Assembly (NCBI RefSeq): GCF_006345805.1
Contig: NC_043020.1
Span: 8,494,001 to 8,558,000, forward strand
Reading direction: 5' to 3'
From: Octopus sinensis
Taxonomy: Eukaryota
DNA: 64,000 bases
Positions 37,141 to 49,478 of the stretch are shown in pieces. The notes under the pieces were generated by a model that was given only the letters and a program-made list of their open reading frames with translations, ran no database searches and was not told the origin of the DNA. Within the stretch, counting starts at the first letter, position 1, and every line of letters starts with the position of its first letter. Position numbers and translations under genes: made by a program.

Positions 37141-37317
37141 TTAGGAAGTTAAAGGTTATGACCATTCATAGAGTGACCATTGGTTCCGCACTTTGCAGTA
37201 TAGTGACTCGTCAGACTTAAATGGCCGAAGTCTGATGAGTTGCCTACACTGCTAAGCACTTTATGGGAGCGAAACCAATGGTCACTCTATGACCGGCCAT
37301 AACTTTTAACTTCCTAA
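37141..37317. ncRNA. 177-bp fold-back with hammerhead cores on both strands
   Basis: 45-bp arms with 4 mismatches. Plus strand: CTGATGA 37232-37238, GAAAC 37271-37275, caatg, GTC. Minus strand: CTGACGA...GGAAC-caatg-GTC. Confidence 0.8.
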
Positions 37318-37382
37318 AAATATATATTACTGCTCTAATTCCTTAGAGTATGCTTTTTTCCGGATATATGAACTACTGACGC

Positions 37383-37423
<41 letters not shown>

Positions 37424-37698
37424 TAACAATTGAGGATAAAATCTTTAAAAGAAATTATCAGTAGTTAGCGTGAAAAACCTCGTAAGAGAAAAAATCCGTA
37501 AATTTTTCCACTTTGAAAATATTCATTTATATTGAGAGTACTACTATTCGTAGATACCACACGCTAAAGAGGGACCAATGCGGTCAAAACTACTAAAATA
37601 AACAAAATTTGACCGAATGCAAAACTCCAAAGCAAATCATTTAAAAAAAGAATTTAGTTACATATCACCTGTGATTTCGCAATTAATGCAGAATATGC

Positions 37699-37761
<63 letters not shown>

Positions 37762-38066
37762 ACACGCCAGAAGCGATAAATTATAGGACTCAATACAGAT
37801 GTAAGAGTGTTCCTTAATACATTATCTCTGAAAGGCTCCGATTTCTAGTAATCTGAGTTATTTATTAACTTCCGATCATCGGCTGATAGAGTAAGTCTGC
37901 TTTTTCTTTTAAAGTATTCCCTGTTCGAATATTTCTGGAAATATGTAACTTAAGTTTAAAGAAAACGCTTATCGTTTTTATGTTACTTTGTCGTTCACGA
38001 AGGTTTTTTAAACAAAATAGCATAAAGTTAAGCGTTTTCTCCAAAATTATCTTTTTTTTTATCTTC

Positions 38067-38452
38067 TACTTGTTTCAGTCATTTTGACTGCGGCCATGCT
38101 GGAGCACCGCCTTTAGTCGATCAAATCGACCCCGGGACTTATTCTTTGTAAGCCCAATACTTATTCTATCGGTCTCTTTTTGCCGAACCGCTAAGTGACG
38201 GAGACGTAAACACACCAGCATCGGTTGTCAAGCAATGCTAGGGGGACAAACACAAACACACACGCATACATATATATATACATATATACGACAGGCTTCT
38301 TTCAGTTTCCGTCTACCAAATCCACTCACAAGGCATTGGTCGGCCCGGGGCTATAGCAGAAGACACTTGCCCAAGATGCCACGCAGTGGGACTGAACCCG
38401 GAACCATGTGGTTGGTTAACAAGCTACTTACCACACAGCCACTCCTGCGCCT
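38067..38452 (-). mobile_element. SINE family A
   Basis: Full-length reverse-complement match. Confidence 0.92.
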
Positions 38453-38649
38453 ATGACACTTATATTTCAAGTTTCAAAAAGATGTTTCATATTTCAAGCA
38501 ATACATATTTCAAAAGAGAAGCAGACTCGGCTTAGCTGATGATGACTGGAAACGAGTAACTCTGAGTTTTGGAAATTGAAGCCTTTCATTTATTGTGTGT
38601 GTGCTACGTTCTGGGGTAGAAAGGGCTCCTTAGCCGTAGTGAAGGCAAT

Positions 38650-38651
38650 CT

Positions 38652-38684
<33 letters not shown>

Positions 38685-38816
38685 GTTTAACGTCCGTTTT
38701 CCGCGCTAGCACGGGTTGGACGGTTCGACCGGGGTCTGGGGAGCCAGGGGCTGCCCCAGGCTCCAGTCTGATCTGGCAGTGTTTTCCGACAGCTGGATGC
38801 CCTTCCTATCGCCAAC
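38650..38816 (-). mobile_element. Retroposon 3' tail with (GAT)n end, probably RTE-related; relatives at 52843-52973 and 63408-63524 (+)
   Basis: Shared ggaagggcatc...gaaccgtccaaccc(a/g)tgctagc...aaaacggacgttaaa-(gat)n-like sequence. Confidence 0.65.
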
Positions 38817-39130
38817 CTTACAATAAATCACTCGGTCCGTAGCTTAGAAATACTGGGTTGACGTCCAGCGGGAACAGCTTTGTTTCATGGAGGAGGAAAG
38901 ATCTTCTTTAGTACTTGGTTGTACAATGCTTTCCAATGTGTGTGGTAGTGGCGCGCGCACACATTAGCCATTTGAAAAGACTATGAAAGTCTCGACCACG
39001 GTCGAACAATGATGATGATGATGATGACGTTCTTATTCGTTTTCTATGTCTTTTTTTAGTATTTGTTGTTTCACTTTTTTTTTTATTTTTGTCCTGACTC
39101 ATTTGCTGTTTTCCTGTTTTTCCTACAGGT

Positions 39131-40300
39131 ATGGAATCCAACATCACACTTTGGCAGTTCCTTCTGGAACTTCTCCTCAGCCACCAGCATCGCAACATTA
39201 TCCAGTGGACCAACAACGACGGTGAATTCAAGCTGGTGAACGCCGAGGAAGTTGCCAAACTCTGGGGCTTGCGCAAAAACAAGAACAACATGAACTATGA
39301 CAAGCTCAGCCGGGCCCTTCGCTATTACTACGACAAGAACATCATCAAAAAGGTCATGGGCCAAAAATTCGTCTACAAATTCGTTTCGTTCCCCGAAATT
39401 GAAAAAATCGAAAGTAAAATTCCGTTCAAAGTGAAAATGGAAAGCCTAGCCATGGAGTATGGCCAACGGGTCTATCCGCATTTCGTTGCACCCACCAATC
39501 TAGAGAACAGAGCTGCTGCAAGTGTTTGGCATCATCCTTCTAATTCTGCTGCTGTCGCCGCTGCTTCGATGGGGAGCGAACACAGATCTGGGATAAAGCT
39601 AGAGTCACACGAAAGGGATTCCAGCAAGTCTCAGTATTCAGAAAAGAAAGTCGATTTTCCGTCGCCATTGTCGTTATCATCAACGTCATCACTTTCGTCA
39701 TATTCATCGTCTCCGACGTCGTCGACGTCATCGCCCCTGCTGACACCTACGTCATCGTTGTCATCACCGTCGTCGTCGTCTTCTTCGCCGATGTCATCGT
39801 CATCGCCTTCTTCTTTGTCCACGTCGTTATCTTTGTCGTCGTCATCGTCGGCGGCGGAGGAACGGCGTGAAGCGGCACATCGCAAGCAGAGCCACAGCCC
39901 GTCGTCCTCGTCCTCGGTGTTGACCCCGGCACGACCCAAACCCATCCCGCTCAACCTGCACGTCGACGCGCCGTCCTCTTCTGCTCTGTCCCCGGGGACG
40001 TCACTTCCGATCCCGAGTCCCACGCTCAAAGTGTCATCATCCTATTCCAACATCCACACGCCCATCTTTCTGGCGTCTCCCCTCCTTAGTCATCGGACAC
40101 CCTTCCTACATTTCTGGAGCTCGCTGAGCCCCTTGACGACGTTGAGCCCTCGCTACAATTCCGCAAGCGCCTTCCAGTTTCCTAGCTATGCCGGTCCACA
40201 CATGCCATTGACCGTGGGGCTGACCAGTTACAATAACATGGACGGTCTCTCCTCCCCCGTACTCGTCTCCTCTCCCACCAGAACTATCCCAGTGTTATAA
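39131..40300 (+). CDS. ELK: ETS-domain transcription factor, ELK1/ELK3/ELK4 (TCF) subfamily; main coding exon
   Basis: N-terminal ETS domain [11 protein letters not shown]...[33 protein letters not shown]-site-like [20 protein letters not shown] and FQFP match TCF C-termini. Acceptor cctacag|gtATG at 39128/39129. Confidence 0.97.
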   Translation: MESNITLWQFLLELLLSHQHRNIIQWTNNDGEFKLVNAEEVAKLWGLRKNKNNMNYDKLSRALRYYYDKNIIKKVMGQKFVYKFVSFPEIEKIESKIPFKVKMESLAMEYGQRVYPHFVAPTNLENRAAASVWHHPSNSAAVAAASMGSEHRSGIKLESHERDSSKSQYSEKKVDFPSPLSLSSTSSLSSYSSSPTSSTSSPLLTPTSSLSSPSSSSSSPMSSSSPSSLSTSLSLSSSSSAAEERREAAHRKQSHSPSSSSSVLTPARPKPIPLNLHVDAPSSSALSPGTSLPIPSPTLKVSSSYSNIHTPIFLASPLLSHRTPFLHFWSSLSPLTTLSPRYNSASAFQFPSYAGPHMPLTVGLTSYNNMDGLSSPVLVSSPTRTIPVL

Positions 40301-41313
40301 CAATAGACGAACCACCAACAAACACAACTCCCCCCCATTCGTCCGCATCCAAACAAATCACAGACCTTATTTCCCAGGGACTCTTCAACTTCAGTTTTTC
40401 CCTTTCCTTTTCTTTAAAAAAAAAAGAATAAATTTCCTTTCCCTCCCTCCCCACACCACTCACATCACCCCCTTTCTTCCCCTTTATCCCCCCCCCACTG
40501 ACTTTTGGTGACATAAGCGTGACATTTCATTTCTGACTATATTGTTGTACATAAAACTTCACTTAAATTCAATTTGGCCCTCAACTCCAACAGACAACAC
40601 ACACATACGCAGAAGCCACAACCTTCTTGTAAATCTTATTATTACACAATACACAATTGATTACCAAACACATTTGTTCTACAAACTATTATTGCACGCA
40701 AACATACACACACACATATATAAGATGGCTGTCCTCTCGTGTTAGAGAAAGACCGTCACCTGACAACGAAAACCACAAAAATCAGTCGTGCTGCCTGATT
40801 CGACTGTTGCCCTTGTGAACTACATATTGTAATCACTTTGGAGGGTGGGGGGCTTTCAGATAACAATAACCGGCTGCTCATATTATCTGCAATTGCAATA
40901 AGCGGTTTTCCCCTTGTATATACGTACGAACACAAAAATTACGTATGGTTTTGTGAGAAGATGTCGAACAATTTACTCTGAAAGCTGGGAGACAAAAAGA
41001 AATGGAGGAACAGGAAAGCAGGTTTTTTGTTGCTATATTATGACCGCTATTATTTTTGTTTAAAAATAAACTGAAACCATTAGAGGTGGGTGGGGGGGGG
41101 GAGAAGAAGAGGAAAAAAAGACTTTAAAGTGAGAGATATATACATAGGAAGAAGAGGAAAAGTAGAGAAAATGAGAACCATAACGATATTGTACGAGAGG
41201 AAAGGCGAGAGGCGGAGGAGGAGGAGGCAGAAAAAGAGCAAGAAAATGAAGGAAAAAGGAGGAGGAGGAACTGTGGCAGATTCGAACTACATCGAGGGAA
41301 TATCGATGTTCCT

Positions 41314-41347
<34 letters not shown>

Positions 41348-41373
41348 GTTTTTTGTTTTTTGTTTTTTTTGTA

Positions 41374-41446
41374 TTTTCAATTTCACAAAAGTAAGCAAAA
41401 AGGGGAAATAATTGTATAAAGTTATGTGGATGATGATGAGTATATA

Positions 41447-41478
<32 letters not shown>

Positions 41479-42095
41479 TCTCATCGGAGTGTGTGCGTGT
41501 GTTTATATATGTATGTATATGTATATATATGAATATATATATATATATATATTGTAGGTATGTATATATATATGTATGTATGTATATATATATATGTATG
41601 TATATATATATATGTATATATATGTATGTATGTATATATATATAGTATATATGTATGTATATATATGTAGATATGTATATATATATATATGTAGATATGC
41701 ATGTATATATATATGTAGATATGTATATATATGTATATATATATGTATATATATATATGTATATGTATGTATATATATATAGTATATATGTATGTATATA
41801 TATATGTATATATATATATATATATGTATATGTATGTTATATATATATAGTATATATGTAGTATATATATATATTATATATATATATACGTGTGTGTATA
41901 TATATATATATACATATATAATGTAAAATAGACTGGCTATTTGTTTGTGGTTTTTTTGTTTCTTTTTTTTTTCGTTTGTTGTCATTTTGGATTTTTTTGT
42001 TTGTTTTTATTTGTTTGTTTTTTTTTTGTTTTTCAATTTCACAAAAGTAAGCAAAAAGGGGAAATAATTGTATAAAGTTATGTGGATGATGATGA

Positions 42096-42131
<36 letters not shown>

Positions 42132-42184
42132 TCATCGGAGTGTGTGCGTGTGTTTATATTATGTATGTATATGTATATATATGA

Positions 42185-42218
<34 letters not shown>

Positions 42219-42280
42219 ATATATATGTATGTATATATATATATATGTATGTATATATATATATATATATATATATAGAT

Positions 42281-42321
<41 letters not shown>

Positions 42322-42695
42322 TGTATATATGTATATATATTATATATGTAGATATGCATGTATATATATATGTATATATATGTATATATATATATATATA
42401 TATATAGATATATATATATATATGTATGTATGTATATATATATAGTATATATGTATGTATATATATATGTATATATATATATATATATGTATATGTATGT
42501 ATATCTATATAGTATATATGTATGTATATATATATATATATATATATATACGTGTGTGTATATATATATATATACATATATAATGTAAAATAGACTGGCT
42601 ATTTGTTTGTGGTTTTTTTGTTTCTTTTTTTTTTCGTTTGTTGTCATTTTGGATTTTTTTGTTTGTTTTTATTTGTTTGTTTTTTTTTTGTTTTT
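41374..42695 (+). repeat. Tandem duplication of a ~656-bp microsatellite-rich unit
   Basis: caatttcacaaaagtaagcaaaaagggg at 41378 and 42034, with the remaining unit co-linear. Confidence 0.9.
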
Positions 42696-42824
42696 CCCCC
42701 CTCCCTTCTTTCCTTGACGAAAAAATCCTAGCAGCGATTTAAAAGCAAATTTGTGTCCTGAACTGTGGTCTTTTTATTTTTAGTTTGTGTTTCCAGAGAT
42801 AAAAATCACACACACGCACACACA

Positions 42825-42910
<86 letters not shown>

Positions 42911-43085
42911 CATTTATTTTATCAAAGAAGCTGGGTATATATAATATGTGTTATGCAGACATACGAGCTCTTAGTCTACGACCCATTCGATATAAGTGTT
43001 ACAGTCTGATAATGTGTTTCTATATATACATGCGTATATGTCTGTGGGTATATATATATCCACGTGTGTGTGTGTGTGTGTGTGT

Positions 43086-43128
<43 letters not shown>

Positions 43129-43162
43129 TATATATATATATATAGATATATATATATATGTT

Positions 43163-43198
<36 letters not shown>

Positions 43199-43558
43199 TA
43201 CAGAAGCACACAGACATATGTTTTAGACACGTGACAAGTATGGCGTCGTTATAGGAAGTGAGAGGTAGTAATCAATTAAAGCGGTGACATTTCTCGAGTG
43301 CGGCACAAGTTTACAACAACAAAAAGAAGAACCGTGTCTTTGTTTCTCCTGCGTCTCGTTCCCGTCTGACTCCCAACCTCCCCCCACACACATTATGTCA
43401 ATCATCCGCCATCAGTAACTTAGTGGTCGGTTAGTAGTCGTGAAAAATCCTTGTGGTGAATATATCTTCAGTTTCAAAGTTAATTATCTGCGGCAAAGAC
43501 TCTGTTCAAGTGAATCAAAAAATACATACATGGACCTCTTTAGCATTTGACAATGTCC

Positions 43559-43592
<34 letters not shown>

Positions 43593-44542
43593 ATATATAT
43601 ATATATATATATTAATAAATAAAACATATGATATATATACATATATTACGTACTACCTCTACATGTATATATATACACGCATATATGAGTACAGGACACC
43701 AAAAAAACGTCGAACACAATGAGAAACGAAAACATAGACACAAACCCAAGGAACTGGACATTTTTTTAAACAACAACAAAAATAGAGTACAGGACAATTA
43801 ACACAAAGAAAAAACCCCTTCTTCAGTCGCCATGGTTTCATCTACTCTACGTTTCGATATATATAGCTGTTTTGGAACATCAATAATTTAGATATTTCTA
43901 TTCGGTATTCAACTAAACGACCTGTCGGTGTTTCCACGAAATACAGACAGTGACAAAGTACTCTAGCAGCTATTGCACAGACACTCAGGCATACCGCTAA
44001 TTAATTATATTAGTAATTAGAAGAGAAGAACCCCAGTGAGGCACAAATGGTCGTTGGTGTTTACCTGTTTGTGGTAGATTTCAGTTTTAATATGGGTCAA
44101 CAGACCAGAAGCTTAGGATAGTTTGAGTAGAGTTAGTCTACTCCATAATAAACCGCTATAGTATAAATATGCGTTATCGTAGCTGCTATATCTGTGATTG
44201 TATGTGTCTGCTCGACAAAGGTTGACCTTGGGCTAAAAAACAACAATCGTATCTGTTGTTTTATAATTACTGTTGAATAGTGTAGGCGTGTTGTGGCCAA
44301 ATAATTAAAAAGTTCATTTGGCAAACACGAGGTCCTCATTTTCAGCCCGTTGACTATCTTGTACGAACATGCATACACGCGTACGTACATTATATACATG
44401 CATACGTACGTGCAATGACTACGTCTCGAATTTGCGTAATGCCGTTGCTTAATGGTTCTAGTAAACCTGAACAGTACGGACATACCTGTTCACCTCTGTT
44501 AAGTACATACTTTTCCACACTCCCTGCAAGTAGAGATGCCGT

Positions 44543-44936
44543 GGAGGCGCAATGGCCCAGTGGTTAGGGCAGCGGACTCGCGGTCATAGGATCGCGGTTT
44601 CGATTCCCAGACCGGTCGTTGTGAGTGTTTATTGAGCGAAAACACCTAAAAGCTCCACGACGCTCCGGCAGGGGATGGTGGTGATCCCTGCTGTACTCTT
44701 TCACCACAACTTTCTCTCACTCTTACTTCCTGTTTCTGTTGTACCTGTATTTCAAAGGGCCGGCCTTGTCACTCACCCTCTGTGTCACGCTGAATATCCC
44801 CGAGAACTACGTTAAGGGTGCATGTGTCTGTGGAGTGCTCAGCCATTTACACGTTAATTCCACGAGCAGGCTGTTCCGTTGATTCGGATCAACCGGAACC
44901 CTTATCGTCGTAACCGACGGAGTGCTTCCAATAAAA
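44543..44936 (+). mobile_element. SINE family C with 11-bp TSD
   Basis: agagatgccgt at 44532-44542 and 44937-44947. Head ggaggcgcaatggcccagtggttagggcagcggactcgc...ggtttcgattccc. Confidence 0.92.
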
Positions 44937-44949
44937 AGAGATGCCGTAG

Positions 44950-45125
44950 AATGCATAGTTGACAACGTCTTTGTGTGTGTGTGGATTCTTATGGTGACTT
45001 CTTCTCAGGCCTGCCATACCTAGGTAGACATGTCCACACTCGTTACAAGTTAAATCAGGTTGTACGCCAACATACTCGGGCATATTCAAATCAAGACCTT
45101 TTGGAATGTTACGCTTGAACAGTTC
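44950..45125 (-). mobile_element. RTE-like C-terminal zinc-finger remnant
   Basis: LTCNECGHVYLGMAGLRRSH resembles the CxxC..GLxSH motif of RTE ORF2. Confidence 0.5.
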
Positions 45126-45196
45126 CAGCGCGATACGAGTTTGTTCAAATTCCTTTCACCCATCACGATCTGTTTTTCGCATTGAACTATCTCAAT

Positions 45197-45412
45197 CAAT
45201 GGTTCTCACCCATTTTTTTTACCTATGGGCACCCACCGACTCCTTCTTTTTTACTCTGGCGGACCCTCATAGCTATTCAATATTTATATTTTTATAATTA
45301 AACATTAGGAACAGCATTTAGAAAATGTTAAAACATTTTGTCGAAGTATAACCAGTTTTATTGCAGAAAAGTTTGAACAAAATTTTGTATGGACCCCGGT
45401 TGAAAACCATTG
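45197..45412 (+). mobile_element. hAT/Charlie-like MITE
   Basis: TIR caatggttctcacc / ggttgaaaaccattg. The interior resembles 18991-19707. Confidence 0.65.
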
Positions 45413-46769
45413 ACCTAGAGCGAGGTTTTCGTATTCATTTCCAAAGATTTTAACCTTCTGCAATATATTCTTAGATACAGCCTCAAATCGACTTCTCTAA
45501 ATTGTGTGTTAGAGAAACTGTAGAGAAGCCCGTCGGTAGATTGTACATGTAATTCAAAAGTTACGGCCTTGTCACATACACTGGAATGCTTGTCGACTTC
45601 TATATTAATTTAAGGGGCGGGTAAATCGATGGCTGATTGATTGATTGGTTATTGGCAGAATCGTTTCGACGTCAAAGAGAATGCTTTTGCAGTATTAGTT
45701 CCGTCTTTTGTTTCTCATTCGTTCTGGGTTCAAACCCAGATGTCAGCTTTGCCTTTCATCCTTCTTGGGAGTGAATGGTACCAACTTATACCTTCCCTCA
45801 AATTTGCTGACCTTGTGTCTCAATCAGAAACCATAAAGACAGCGAACTGGTGCGCCGAACAAAATGCTTTGTGGTCTTTGTTCCAGCTCTTTACGTTCTA
45901 ATTTTAAATCCAACCGAACTGTAACCTTGTTTTTCCTTCCTCTGCTGTCAATAAGATAAAGTACCAGTCATGTACTGGAGTCTATGGTATCGATTTGTTC
46001 CCCTTCCTTCTAAATTAGATAACGTCATTATTATTAGGATATCGATTTTGCCTTTCATCCTTTCGGAGACAATTAAATAAGTACCAGTTGTGTACTGGGG
46101 TCGATCTAATCCCCTCACCCCAAATTTCATAACTTGTGCCTATAGTATAAAGAATTATTGGTAGCATGGTGGTGATCGAGAGAGCCGAGTTCAAATTCCG
46201 GTTATTAACCCCGCTGTTTCATTACGATCCGTGTTTTAAATCTCGCTGGTCGTGCGAGGAGGGGATGAAATTAATATCAATAAATAATAAACCAGTCGAT
46301 TTTATCGATTAGACTTTCTTTAAAAAAAATCGAAAGAAATCAGTCTTTTCAATATGTCTTTCTGTTCCTCTTCTCCCCCTCTCTCTCCTCTCCACCTCTC
46401 TCATCACAATGATTTTTCTTCAATTCCCCCTTTTTTACTCAATCTATATTACCCAAAGTTTGTCTTATCTCTCACATCGAACCCATCATCACATTTCTCA
46501 TTCCTTCTGAACCAAACTCTTCTTTTGCTCCATCGCTCTATTTATATATATATATATATATAAAATGAAATGGAAAATGTAGAACTCCCTTTCAAAGGCA
46601 AAAAAACCCCTCTTCTCACACACACGGCCTGTCATTATAGAAATAAGATTTTTTTTAAAATCTAGCAAACACTCGACTGCCACCGTTTTGGTTATAATAA
46701 TAACTCGGTTCAAAGATTTGTTCAAGAGCGACAGATTTTCTACTTTCACTTTCATAACTATTTTCTCTT

Positions 46770-46808
<39 letters not shown>

Positions 46809-47044
46809 CTCTTTCTTTCTCTCTCTCTGCTGTTGATTCATTAAACGTGCCCACCTTCTTCCCGCCGTCCGTTTCGACTTCTAAGTAATCTGACAGCGAT
46901 ATCATTATACATAAACACGCAATGCTTATACACACACACACGCGCGTGCGCTTACATATGAGAGTGGGTGTATATATAGGCGATCATTAACAGTAGTCAT
47001 CCTTTTAAACTTTTCATCTCACAAACAGAAATACTATCACGCAC

Positions 47045-47640
47045 TTACATTATATATATGTATGTATATGTATGTATGTATATGTGTGTGTATGTATATA
47101 TATATATGTGTGTATATATATGTATATATATATATATGTATGTATATATATATATGTATGTATATATGTGTATATATGTATGTATATATGTGTATATATG
47201 TGTGTATATATGTATGTATATATATATGTGTGTATATATGTATGTATATATATATGTGTGTGTATGTATGTATATATATATGTGTATGTATATATATATG
47301 TGTGTGTATATATGTATGTATATGTGTGTATATATATGTATATATATATATGTGTGTGTGTATATATGTTATATATATATATATATCTATGTATATATAT
47401 ATGTGTGTGTATATGTATATATATATATATCTATATGTATTATATGTGTGTATATATATGTATATATATATATGTGTGTGTGTATATGTATATATATATA
47501 TATATCTATGTATATATCTATGTGTGTGTATATGTATATATATATATATCTATGTATATATCTATATGTGTGTATATATATATATATTATATATATATGG
47601 TATATATCTATATGTGTATATATATATAAATAGTATATTA

Positions 47641-47674
<34 letters not shown>

Positions 47675-47700
47675 ATAATATATATATATATACGTATGAC
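47045..47700. repeat. Compound (TA/TATG/TG)n microsatellite
   Basis: Directly visible. Confidence 0.95.
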
Positions 47701-48071
47701 GTCAACGATATGTGTGTGTGTGTATCGGGTGGCAAAGCGAAATGGTGACCAACGAGCCAGACGATTGATTAATAATTCTTCACCCAATAAACTTTTAAGC
47801 TTTGCACCAGAAAGAAAGAAAGAAAGAAAGGCATCGTAATTGATTTCTTCGAAAAATAAAAATAAAAAGTATTTTTTTTTTAAAAAAAACCTTAAATCTC
47901 TCGTAGATCTTTTGAACTTTTGATAAGTCGGTTTCCTTTTCTCCTTCTTTCTTTTTTTCCTTTCCAATTTATTTATTTATTTATTGAATGCCAATAATAA
48001 TAATAATAATAATAATAATCCTTTCTACTATAGGCACAAGGCCTGAAATTTTGGCGGGAGGTAATAATATA

Positions 48072-48625
48072 GCGGTATTTCGTCTGCCGTTACGTTCTGA
48101 GTTCAAATTCCGCCGAGGTCGACTTTACCTTTCATCCTTTCGGGGTCGATAAATTAAGTACCAGTTACGCACTGGGGTCGATGTAATCGACTTAATCCAT
48201 TTGCCTGCCCTTCTTTGTCCTCTCTGTTTAGCCCCTTGTGGGTAGTAAAGAAATAGGTATTTCGTCTGCCGCTACGTTCTGAGTTCAAATTCCGCCGAGG
48301 TCGACTTTACCTTTCATCCTTTCGGGGTCGATAAATTAAGTACCAGTTACGCACTGGGGTCGATGTAATCGACTTAATACCTATGTCTGTCCTTGTTTGT
48401 CCTCTCTGTTTAGCCCCTTGTGGGTAGTAAAGAAATAGGTATTTCGTCTGCCGCTACGTTCTGAGTTCAAATTCCGCCGAGGTCAACTTTGCCTTTCATC
48501 CTTTCGGGGTCGATAAATTAAGTACCAGTTACGCACTGGGGGCGATGTAATCGACTTAATACCTATGTCTGTCCTTGTTTGTCCCCTCTACGTTTAGCCC
48601 CTTGTGGGTAATAAAGAAATAGGTA
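48072..48625 (+). mobile_element. Tandem trimer of headless SINE family B units (182-184 bp)
   Basis: ggtatttcgtctgcc at 48074, 48256 and 48438. Confidence 0.92.
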
Positions 48626-49305
48626 ATAATAATAGCAAAACTTGACAAGTTTCTAACGAAACGAAAAATGTAGCTATAACGTTCTTTACAAAATACCAGC
48701 TATATACTGAGGGCGATTTGATCGACCCATCCTTTTACTCCACCCCAGCCTCAGTAGCTAGAGTTTGTATTACCTGGGCCGTTGTTTTTTTTCTTTCTTC
48801 TTTTTATCTATACCCAGTAGAGTAACGTGGGGTGGGCGATATTTTCAGATCCCCACGGAAGGGGACACCCTGTGTACACGTGTTTGCTGTAGTAGACAAG
48901 TATATTAGGTTTAAGGAGATGGAGTGGGGGCACTGATCTGACAAATGCACAAGGCCTCCAAACCCGACTGTACCGTCACTGTGTGCCCTCTCCCCTCAAA
49001 AAACAAATTCCGTGCAAGACGGACTGTTCCTCCTCGCCCCTTTTGTTATACAAATGCTAACGACCCCGCTTCCCAAATTTACTGACTTTATATTATTATA
49101 TAGGGAAAATGAATAGTCAGAATGGGTTGAGCATCTCTATTCGTTTTGGCGTGGGTCTTCACATTCTGAGTTCAAATTCCAGCAGAGTCGACTTTGCCTT
49201 TCGTCAATCCGGGTTCGATGTGATCGATTTTCCTCCCTTCCCTAAAAAAAAAAACGGCTGGCTTTGTTGCCAAAACTAGAAACCCAAGCTCAATTTACAC
49301 ACACA

Positions 49306-49389
<84 letters not shown>

Positions 49390-49421
49390 GTATCTACCTA
49401 TCTATCTATCTATGTATCTAC

Positions 49422-49478
<57 letters not shown>

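Noticed and set aside
39540-40029. Antisense Asp/Thr-rich ORFs over ELK
   Set aside because: They are shadow frames of the Ser-rich TCN tract and have no independent motifs.
43800-43870. Hammerhead on the minus strand (GAAACGTA...CTGAAGA)
   Set aside because: The motifs are in the wrong order for a type-I fold, with no upstream CUGANGA and no supporting stems.
44543-44615. Functional tRNA gene
   Set aside because: The tRNA-like head continues into a SINE body and has a TSD. No complete cloverleaf is evident.
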